A stretch of DNA of 64,000 nt, from assembly GCA_017302815.1 (NCBI GenBank), contig JAFLCQ010000002.1:14969-78968 (forward strand), written 5' to 3'. The notes below the pieces were generated by a model. It was not told the DNA's origin and did no database searches. It saw only the letters and a list, made by a program, of their open reading frames with translations. Both the position numbers and the translations under genes were made by a program. This DNA is from Planctomycetota bacterium. GTDB taxonomy: Bacteria > Planctomycetota > UBA11346. Below are positions 18,949-26,368 of this stretch, piece by piece; within the stretch, counting starts at the first letter, position 1, and each line of letters begins with the position of its first letter.

Positions 18949-19257
18949 AAATATATGCATATGCGCAGATACCCGTAAAAATGGAATACCCCTTCGCCAT
19001 TGTAGTTTACTCCACACTAAAACATAAAATCCACAGAAACGCCGCAGCGCCACCTCGGGTGTCTGTTCAAGACGGCGCGCACCGTTGTTGTACAATTATT
19101 CAATTCCCGGAACACTCGACAACCAAAATACCTACGCTTCAGTAGAACATCTTCGATCCGTCGCAAATATGTAAAATACACAACATTCATTAAACCAATT
19201 TACACAGAATAGATATTCACAACGCTCCAAACAGACAGACCAACACGGCGATTCCAC

Positions 19258-19668
19258 TTAAAGTTTTATATACCACAAATATTGACCAGGTACACCCCCT
19301 TCAATACGATGCGCCACAAAGCAAACCTGCACGACCCAACCAACAACAGCAAGTAAACATAAAGGCAATACAGCAAGCCCAAACATCCACACGAGAAAAT
19401 ACAAAACAAGCGAAACAATGCCCCAAAATACATTAAAATCAAGAGCCGCCGACAAATGACTCGACAGACACACATCTTGTTTACGATCGGATTCGCGAAA
19501 CATAAAAAGCAAGACAGGGATTACATGGCCCAGCAAAGGAAACAGCAAACCAAGCAGAGTGGCGACGTGCATAGCACTCAAGCGGCCCGCCATCACCCTG
19601 TCATCACCAGGCAACATTAGAATCCCCTTGGTGATGGCCTTACCTTTATTTATTCTGCGCATTCGCAA
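19258..19668 (-). CDS. Small integral membrane protein (DUF4870-like), encoded in the AT-rich island
   Basis: Track ORF. Three hydrophobic helices flank a RESDRKQDV...HLSAAL segment. Composition is low-GC compared with the flanks. Start is uncertain. Confidence 0.4.
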   Translation of the reverse strand: MRMRRINKGKAITKGILMLPGDDRVMAGRLSAMHVATLLGLLFPLLGHVIPVLLFMFRESDRKQDVCLSSHLSAALDFNVFWGIVSLVLYFLVWMFGLAVLPLCLLAVVGWVVQVCFVAHRIEGGVPGQYLWYIKL

Positions 19669-19992
19669 TCCTGCAAAAATGAGTTATTTAACCGACGTAC
19701 ATATTCGACACAAAACATCACACACGAAAACGCCGATATCCTCACGCGCACAATGACGCTTTGATAGTTAAACAAGCATCGCATATCTCCAATGCCTATA
19801 GCCACAGTAATATTTTCTGGACTCGAGAACATATGGATGTCATTGGGAGCGCACAACTATGCCACCGCCATTACGCTTTGCCACCCCGATTGTTGATGCA
19901 CAAAACCCCATAACCGTAACCACCAGGAACACCAAATGCAGACTCATGGGACATTCACGGCCACCAGCGATAGGACACAATGAATTTCCAGA

Positions 19993-20475
19993 CTACAGGC
20001 CATGTCCACAAAATACCGACAGCGCACGCACCACCAGTGCATGATCCGCACGATCAGAATACCCGGAGACAGTCACATATCCGAAAATTCCCACATCGTG
20101 CCGTCGGAGCGGAAATCCTCCTCCACATGAAGCGTGATCAGCCTGCGCCGCTCCACGACAAGCCGGATAATCCATACCATATCGAGCACAGCGAAGATAC
20201 ACCAACAGCGAACTTATACCTGTGATTTGCATAGTGTTCTGCTTGCACCGAATCAAAGCATTGCTTTCCATTGACATTCCAGCCATCGCATGACGAAAAA
20301 GACAGCGACCATCACAGGTCACATCGGCAACAATGCCAACACCATCAGCCATTGCCAATGCGATGATATGCAATCCCAGATCCAGGGCGTCGCCATGTGT
20401 AAAATCACGAAACACCAAACGACGTTCCTGATCCTCAACCTCAAGAATTTCCGCATCGAGTTCTGATAAGTTCAA
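19993..20475 (-). CDS. UPF0303 (DUF336/GlcG-like, heme-degrading-fold) family protein, low-GC paralog
   Basis: Track ORF. Family blocks are MNLSELDAEILEVEDQERRLVFRDF, IRCKQNT and CGGGFPLRRHDVGIFGYVTVSGYSDRADHALVVRAL. It aligns along its length with the ORF at 25789..26265, which has QERVLVFPKF, RRKRNT and GGGFPIRVRGAGIVGYVVVSGLPHRDDHALVIGAL. Confidence 0.6.
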   Translation of the reverse strand: MNLSELDAEILEVEDQERRLVFRDFTHGDALDLGLHIIALAMADGVGIVADVTCDGRCLFRHAMAGMSMESNALIRCKQNTMQITGISSLLVYLRCARYGMDYPACRGAAQADHASCGGGFPLRRHDVGIFGYVTVSGYSDRADHALVVRALSVFCGHGL

Positions 20476-21182
20476 TGTGAATCCTGGTTAATATTATCGA
20501 ATGAAAAAATCACAATCTCAGAATTATTCGTTCGACAGCGATTACCACAATTGCATAATGCCATGATTAATTTCTCCAAAACAAGCAAAATTATGCCATG
20601 CGGTCAGCGCACCACAATGCGCCATCGATCACAAAACGGGTGCAATTTGTTCCACTCACGACTTCGACATCATATGCGTCCACCAGAAACCAGCCACCCT
20701 GTCATTTGTTCCAATATCCACCATAAACACTTCTTCCATCAACAACAGGTGTCGGATATCTGAAATATTGCGGCATCATATCCACCAAACACCCGTTCCA
20801 CGATCAACACGACCGGGATCGACCAGAGACACACATATAGCCACGTACTTTTGATCAATTACATTCATACGCGTGGTATTAAAAATGTTTTACACGGCAA
20901 TAACACTTATTTGAATGTTTGAAACACAAGCGCCTACCTTAGACATACTCCATCAGAAGCATTTCAAGACCACAACCATTCATCAACTACGCAAAGCGAT
21001 ATCTGGACGCCAATCTACCGATTTTAGTCCATCCGACATACGCACCAAATACGACATTGGCAATTTTCTACACTACTCATGCCCAAAACACACATGGAAA
21101 CAATTTTCCGTGTAGTTTTTCCACCATACGCTGGAAATCCAATGTAGACCATGTAAGCTTGCTCATCCATTTGGAGTCAAAC

Positions 21183-23174
21183 ATGAGTCAGCATCCATTC
21201 CTGCGTCTTGGATCAGCGTGGTACCCCGAACTCTGGGAGGAGAAGGCCATCGCCGAGGATCTGACCCGCATGACCGAACTGGGATTTAACTCGGTTCGCC
21301 TTGGCGATTTTGCCTGGTCCTGCCTTGAGCCAGAGCCAGGTCGATACGAGACTGATTGGCTGCTGCGGATCCTCGACCGCCTCCATCGCATCGGAATCGG
21401 GGCCATCATGTGCACCCCAACAGCCAGCATCCCAGCGTGGATGCTGGCCACATACCCCGAGCTCGGATTCGTCGATCGCAATGGCCACCGATTTGGAGCT
21501 GGAGGTCGACAAGCCGCCGATTACTGCAACCCCGACTTCCAACGCATGAGCCGCGGCATAACCGAGGCGATGGCAGCCGCCTTTGGCCGTCACCCGGCCG
21601 TGATTGGATGGCAAGTCGACAACGAACTCGGTGGCCATCAAAAGGTATCGGTTTCTCCTGCGGCGCTGGCCGGATGGGCACAGTGGCTGGAACGCAGATA
21701 CAGCTCGATCGCAGAACTCAACCGCGCCTGGGGCACAGACGTCTGGAGCAATCGTTACCACTCATTCGCACAGGTCCCGGGACCAGTGCCTCTACCGACC
21801 TATTGCCACAACCACTCGCTCCACACCGAGTATCGCCGCTACATGAACGATATGGCGATTGCCTTTCAGCGACAGCAAGTTGAGATCATTCGGCGCCACA
21901 GCGATGCTCCCATCACGCATAATTCTGAAGATTCCCTCGATGAATGGGATCTAACCCGTGACCTGGACCTAGCCTCACACGACTGCTATGCCCGTTATAT
22001 GCCTTTGCCGTCCATAATTCACCGGATGGATTGCATACGATCGCTCAAGCCGGGCCGCCGTTTCTGGGTGATGGAAACCGACGCAGAGGGCGCGATCGAT
22101 GGTCAACTGTTCCCCAACGGCTGGACGGCGAATTTCGCCATGCTGGCCTATACCTCTGGCGCCGAAGGTGTGTCCTACTGGCCGTGGCGAAATCTGCGCA
22201 CGGGATCCGAGATTTGCGGGCATGACGGACTGCTCTACGCCTGCGGACGCCCGACCACGGGATTTGAACCCGCCAAGGGCGTATCTGAACTGCGACGGAA
22301 ACTCGACTGTCTCCTGCAGCGATTTTCGCCGGCGCCAGCGCCAGTGGCATGTATCCGTTCTGAGCGCAACGGCCACTTCAATTACATTGAGCGCATTGCC
22401 GGCCTGCGCCCCAACTTTGATTATCGGGCCAGCCTTGAGGCTCATCACCACGATGTGGCAGAACTTGGGGCTTGGCGTGACGTGCTCTACGATCAGGCCG
22501 AACTCACCAGCCAGCGAGTAGTCATGTCGCCATACCTGCCGTACACCTCGCCAGACTTTCTCGCGCGGATGCGCGCGCACCTCGATGCAGGCGGTACCTG
22601 GGTCGTCGGCCCCTACACCGGCTATTTGACTGCACACCACACCAACCATACCACCGCCCTACTCGGCGAGCTGGAATCGATGCTTGGACTCGAGACGCGC
22701 TGCTTTGTTCCGATCACCAGTGTGCCTCTGGTGATGGCGGATGGCCTGGAGACCGAAGCGCTCATGCACGCCATGGCCTTCACCCCACGGCCCGGGGACG
22801 AACCGCTGGCCACCTACGGTGGCGATCGCATCGCCGGTTGGTGCTGGGGCATACGCCGTCATATCGGGCGCGGTTCAGTATACGTCCTGGGAAGCGAGAT
22901 CGGCAAGACAGCGCGACGCACACTCTTCAGATCGATCTTGATCCGAGCGGGCGTGCCGCTCCATCCCATGCCATGCCGCGTGATTCGAGTTCCGCAGCAG
23001 GATGCCCAGGGCCGGAACGCCTGGGCTCTGGTCAACGCAAACCGTACTCCGGTTCGCATCGAACTTCCCGCCTCGGGAACAGATGAACTAACCGGTGCTC
23101 GTGTCGGACGTCAGTTGGATCTCGCGGGCAATTGCAATGCCTTTGTGGTCTTCGACCAGCCCATCCAAGGCTGA
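21183..23174 (+). CDS. GH42-family beta-galactosidase
   Basis: Track ORF 21057..23174. The start is at MSQHPFLRLGSAWYPELW, with GGAG 8 nt upstream. GH42 blocks include NSVRLGDFAWSCLEPEPGRY, ADYCNPDF and GWQVDNELGG. The stop TGA at 23172-23174 lies inside the IS target duplication. Confidence 0.8.
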   Translation: MSQHPFLRLGSAWYPELWEEKAIAEDLTRMTELGFNSVRLGDFAWSCLEPEPGRYETDWLLRILDRLHRIGIGAIMCTPTASIPAWMLATYPELGFVDRNGHRFGAGGRQAADYCNPDFQRMSRGITEAMAAAFGRHPAVIGWQVDNELGGHQKVSVSPAALAGWAQWLERRYSSIAELNRAWGTDVWSNRYHSFAQVPGPVPLPTYCHNHSLHTEYRRYMNDMAIAFQRQQVEIIRRHSDAPITHNSEDSLDEWDLTRDLDLASHDCYARYMPLPSIIHRMDCIRSLKPGRRFWVMETDAEGAIDGQLFPNGWTANFAMLAYTSGAEGVSYWPWRNLRTGSEICGHDGLLYACGRPTTGFEPAKGVSELRRKLDCLLQRFSPAPAPVACIRSERNGHFNYIERIAGLRPNFDYRASLEAHHHDVAELGAWRDVLYDQAELTSQRVVMSPYLPYTSPDFLARMRAHLDAGGTWVVGPYTGYLTAHHTNHTTALLGELESMLGLETRCFVPITSVPLVMADGLETEALMHAMAFTPRPGDEPLATYGGDRIAGWCWGIRRHIGRGSVYVLGSEIGKTARRTLFRSILIRAGVPLHPMPCRVIRVPQQDAQGRNAWALVNANRTPVRIELPASGTDELTGARVGRQLDLAGNCNAFVVFDQPIQG

Positions 23175-23176
23175 TC
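23169..23176. repeat. Left copy of the 8-bp target-site duplication GGCTGATC of the IS66 element
   Basis: Identical 8-mers sit immediately outside both IS termini. This copy contains the GH42 stop codon (ggcTGAtc). Confidence 0.85.
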
Positions 23177-23279
23177 GTATCCACTTATCCAAGCCGTGCG
23201 CCTCGCCTGACCACCTGATGGGAGTCATCCCGACTGCCGAAAATGTGGGCTGCCGAAAATTGGACAGTGGCGGTCGAGA

Positions 23280-24872
23280 TCAGGCGGTGCGCTTGGCCTG
23301 GTGACGCTGGGCGTAGGCGGCCGGCGTCAGGTCGAGCGGATCGGTGTCTCCGGCAACGAGGGCAGGCATGATGTCGGTGAGGTAGGTGATGGGTTCGATG
23401 CGCTGGAGCCGGCAGGATTGAAAGATGGAGAACAGGGTGGCCGCCCAGGCTCCGCCGTCTTCACTGGCGACGAAGAGCCAGCCCTTCCGTCCGACAGCGA
23501 TGGGACGCTGTTGGCGTTCGGCGGCGTTGTTGTCGAGCGGTAGTCGCCCGTCGTTGACGAAGCGGGTGAGGGCTGCCCAGTGGTTGCGCAGGTACTGGGC
23601 ACCCTTTGCCACCGGCGACTCGCTGGGTTCGGTGGCGAGAATGCGACCGGTCCTCGCGTGGATGGCCGCCAGCAGCACAGGGGCCTCCTGCTGGCGTAGC
23701 GCGGTGCGCACACGGACTGGATCACGATGCAGCGCCTGGGCGACGATGGCGGCCACGCGATCAATGCGATAGAGCGCCTGGATCAGCTCCAGCTGCGGTC
23801 GGGCGGCGGGGGCATCATCGAGCCGTTCGTGGAAGGGCCGCCGGGCATGCGCCCAGCAGCCGACCTCGGTGGCTGTGCCTCCGCCCGGGGTGAAGAGATG
23901 GTCGTGTCCACCGTAGGCGTCGGCGACGATGTAGCCGCGATAATCACGCAGGAGATCGCCGGGCCAGTGCCCGGCACGCGAGGCGGTGAAGTCGAAGAAG
24001 ACCTGATCGGCGGCGGTATAGCACCAGATGCGGGCGATGCGGCAGGATCCTCGTCGGTTGGCGTGATCGAGCTGCCGGATCGGGGTGTCGTCCAGATGCA
24101 GGATGGGCTGATCCAGGATCTGCTGCCGGATCGCACCGGCCACGGGGTCCAGCCGCCGGCTCAGATGGCCCATCCACGAGCAGGCCGTCGCCGTGCTGAG
24201 ATCGACGCCCTGCCGCAGCCAGTCCTGGCGCTGCCGGTGCAGCGGCAGGCCGAGGGCGTACTTCTGGTGGGCGATGTGCAGCACCAGGCGGTCGCCGCCC
24301 AGGCCGCGCGGGACGATGGCGGGCGGGATGGGAGCGGTCAGCACCGGCTCGCGGGTGTCGCGGCGGCCATAGCGGGTGCGGATGGTGACGTGGCGGACGA
24401 AGCGGCCCTGCACCCAATCCAGGCGGACCGAGCGCTCGACGCCTACCGGCACCAGTGGCGTGCCGTCATGGTCGACGCAGGCCGACGCCGGCAGCTCGAC
24501 GCGCTCCTCCACCGTCTCCAGGTGCTCGGGCAGGGTCAGCCGGCCGCGACCACGCGGCGAGCGCCGCCGCGGGACATGCGCTGGCGAGGGCGAGGACCCA
24601 TGGTCATCCGGCAGCGCGGCTCCGACCGCCTGGGCATGCACCCGGAGCCGGTCGATGGCCGCCACGAGTTCGGGAATGGGCTGCTGCCCCGGTGCTGGGA
24701 TGAGCGCTTCCGACTGCGGCGCGACCACCCGACGGACCATGCGTCGCAACTGCCCGTCCAGCGCGACCACCTTGGCGCGTAGCGCCTGGTTCTCCTGGAC
24801 GAGCGCCCGGTTGGTCGCCTCCAACGCGGCGATCCGTTCCATCAGCATCGCCAGGGTCGGCGCGTCGCTCAC
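23280..24872 (-). CDS. IS66-family transposase (orf3, TnpC)
   Basis: The 530-aa ORF has IS66 TnpC hallmarks: HLDDTPIRQLD, CWAHARRPFHE, LDNNAAERQQRPIAVGRKGWLF, and an N-terminal coiled-coil or leucine-zipper-like segment (IAALEATNRALVQENQALRAKVVALDGQL). Confidence 0.9.
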   Translation of the reverse strand: MSDAPTLAMLMERIAALEATNRALVQENQALRAKVVALDGQLRRMVRRVVAPQSEALIPAPGQQPIPELVAAIDRLRVHAQAVGAALPDDHGSSPSPAHVPRRRSPRGRGRLTLPEHLETVEERVELPASACVDHDGTPLVPVGVERSVRLDWVQGRFVRHVTIRTRYGRRDTREPVLTAPIPPAIVPRGLGGDRLVLHIAHQKYALGLPLHRQRQDWLRQGVDLSTATACSWMGHLSRRLDPVAGAIRQQILDQPILHLDDTPIRQLDHANRRGSCRIARIWCYTAADQVFFDFTASRAGHWPGDLLRDYRGYIVADAYGGHDHLFTPGGGTATEVGCWAHARRPFHERLDDAPAARPQLELIQALYRIDRVAAIVAQALHRDPVRVRTALRQQEAPVLLAAIHARTGRILATEPSESPVAKGAQYLRNHWAALTRFVNDGRLPLDNNAAERQQRPIAVGRKGWLFVASEDGGAWAATLFSIFQSCRLQRIEPITYLTDIMPALVAGDTDPLDLTPAAYAQRHQAKRTA

Positions 24873-24878
24873 GCCCTC

Positions 24879-25235
24879 CTATGACGCAGATCCTGTTCCG
24901 CCCTTACCAGGCAGTGCGCGGTGGCGCGGCAGCACCTCCTCCAGCAGCGCGACCACCTGGGCGGTGGTCAGTGGCCGTGCTCCGGTCGCGCTGGCGGTGG
25001 CCGGCAGCTGGAACCGGGATGCCTCCAGCCGCTTGGCGCACAGCCAGAATCCGGTGGGCTCCCAGACCAGCACCTTCGCGCGGGTGCGATCCTTGCCGAC
25101 GAACACGAAGACATCGCCCTGGAACGGGTCCATGCCCAGATCCACCCGCACCAGATCTGCCAGCGAGTCGTAGGCCTTCCGCATGTCGACCGGCTGCTGG
25201 CAGAGGAAGATCCGACGACGACCGAAGCTCAGCAT
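24879..25235 (-). CDS. IS66 orf2 (TnpB) protein
   Basis: The C-terminal 118 aa of track ORF 24879..25688 read MLSFGRRRIFLCQQPVDMRKAYDSLADLV...DPFQGDVFVFVGKDRTRAKVLVWEPTGFWLCAKRLEASRF. This matches the conserved IS66 Orf2 pattern PVDMRK..DGL...DPF.G..FVF.N.R....K.L.WD..GF.L..KRLE.G.F. Confidence 0.8.
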   Translation of the reverse strand: MLSFGRRRIFLCQQPVDMRKAYDSLADLVRVDLGMDPFQGDVFVFVGKDRTRAKVLVWEPTGFWLCAKRLEASRFQLPATASATGARPLTTAQVVALLEEVLPRHRALPGKGGTGSAS

Positions 25236-25666
25236 GGCTGCCCCAGGCAGGCGATCACTGACCGCAGGAGCTCGGGCGAGAAGCCGGGGCCGACCGACAC
25301 GCGCACGCCGCTGGGCAGATGGACCTCGATGGGGGATGGCGGCGGCGGTGGGGCAGCCGGGGGCGGTGATGACCGTGCCTGGTCCTCGGCTGGCGGCTGG
25401 CCGACGATGATCGCGTGGTGCTCGTCGATGGTCCCAATGGGGATCAGGTGCCCGGGACGCGTGGGCGGCGCAGACGCGCTGGCGGCAGCTGCCAACTGCC
25501 GGGCTCGTGCGCACCAGTACGTCACCATCTTGAACGAGACGCCCTTCTGCCGGGCGAACTCCGAGACGCTGAGCCGGCTCGACAGATACTCGTTCGCCAT
25601 CGCCACGCCGTCGGTGACGTTGCGGTAGCGATGGACGCCATGTCGGTGCTTCGAGTCGTCGCTCAC
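25229..25666 (-). CDS. IS66 orf1 (TnpA) protein
   Basis: The track ORF overlaps the orf2 start by 7 nt, as is typical of IS66. An HTH-like segment reads LSVSEFARQKGVSFKMVTYWCARARQL. Which Met is the true start is uncertain. Confidence 0.6.
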   Translation of the reverse strand: MSDDSKHRHGVHRYRNVTDGVAMANEYLSSRLSVSEFARQKGVSFKMVTYWCARARQLAAAASASAPPTRPGHLIPIGTIDEHHAIIVGQPPAEDQARSSPPPAAPPPPPSPIEVHLPSGVRVSVGPGFSPELLRSVIACLGQPC

Positions 25667-25737
25667 GGCCTGCCTCCGGGGCCGGCACTGTGATGGCTAT
25701 CGCGTCACAACGCTACACGGCTTGGATGAGCGGATAC

Positions 25738-25745
25738 GGCTGATC
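25738..25745. repeat. Right copy of the 8-bp target-site duplication GGCTGATC
   Basis: It lies directly after the right terminal inverted repeat that ends at 25737. Confidence 0.85.
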
Positions 25746-25788
25746 CCTACGCCGGGCCGTAGCACAAAGCCCGCATCGCGATTGTACA

Positions 25789-26265
25789 TCATGTCGGGAT
25801 GAACGCCCGCAGGGCGCCGATCACCAAGGCATGATCGTCCCGATGCGGCAGGCCAGATACCACCACATAGCCGACGATGCCAGCACCCCTCACGCGGATG
25901 GGGAAGCCGCCACCACCGGGAGCGTGCTCTGCGGGATCGACTCCATAGCTGGCAGCCATGTTGCTGCCAGCGCGCGCAAGGCGGAGGAAAACCTGTAGTG
26001 AACTAGTGCCTGTCAATCGCATGGTGTTACGCTTGCGGCGAATCCACGAGTCATGCTCGGATGTCGTTCCTGCCATAGCATGGTGAAATAGGCATTGCCC
26101 ACCGCATTCTATGTCGATGGCCACTCCGACTCCGCCAGCGGTTGCCAGGGCGATAATCTGCAGGCCCAGTTCGAGCGCGTCGCGCGGGGCGAATTTTGGA
26201 AACACCAGTACTCGCTCCTGCAACTCGACCTCGGCAATATCTCGGTCCAATTGGTCTAGATCCAT
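25789..26265 (-). CDS. UPF0303 (DUF336/GlcG-like) family protein, native-GC paralog
   Basis: Track ORF 25789..26325. The start is chosen at MDLDQLDRDIAEVELQERVLVF. Family blocks are RRKRNT and GGGFPIRVRGAGIVGYVVVSGLPHRDDHALVIGAL. It lies 100 bp downstream of the GH95 gene on the same strand. Its stop is 43 bp from the IS target site. Confidence 0.65.
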   Translation of the reverse strand: MDLDQLDRDIAEVELQERVLVFPKFAPRDALELGLQIIALATAGGVGVAIDIECGGQCLFHHAMAGTTSEHDSWIRRKRNTMRLTGTSSLQVFLRLARAGSNMAASYGVDPAEHAPGGGGFPIRVRGAGIVGYVVVSGLPHRDDHALVIGALRAFIPT

Positions 26266-26368
26266 GATCCCTCCAGCGGAGCCGCCATGAAATCTTGAGT
26301 CCGAGCACAGACAAGCACTCGCCACTACCCGCCATTGTGCTCCGGTCTAAATTTGCAACGGAGATTCA

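Larger units (their letters stand above)
23177..25737 (-). mobile_element. Intact IS66-family insertion sequence (2561 bp) carrying orf1 (tnpA), orf2 (tnpB) and orf3 (tnpC)
   Basis: The 22-bp imperfect terminal inverted repeats are GTATCCACTTATCCAAGCCGTG (23177-23198) and, as the reverse complement of 25716-25737, GTATCCGCTCATCCAAGCCGTG, with 20 of 22 matching. They are flanked by a perfect 8-bp direct repeat GGCTGATC at 23169-23176 and 25738-25745, which is the expected IS66 target-site duplication length. Three transposase ORFs in canonical order lie inside. Confidence 0.85.

Noticed and set aside
23221-23234. Short inverted match GTCATCCCGAC / GTCGGGATGAAC (23224..23234 and about 25793..25804), first considered as the IS termini
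   Set aside because: It is superseded by the longer 22-bp terminal inverted repeats with the perfect 8-bp target duplication, which give a canonical 2561-bp IS66. The short match lies inside the IS on one side and outside it on the other.
23727-24782. 351-aa plus-strand ORF inside the IS66 element
   Set aside because: It lies antisense to the TnpC transposase, which has strong IS66 motifs.
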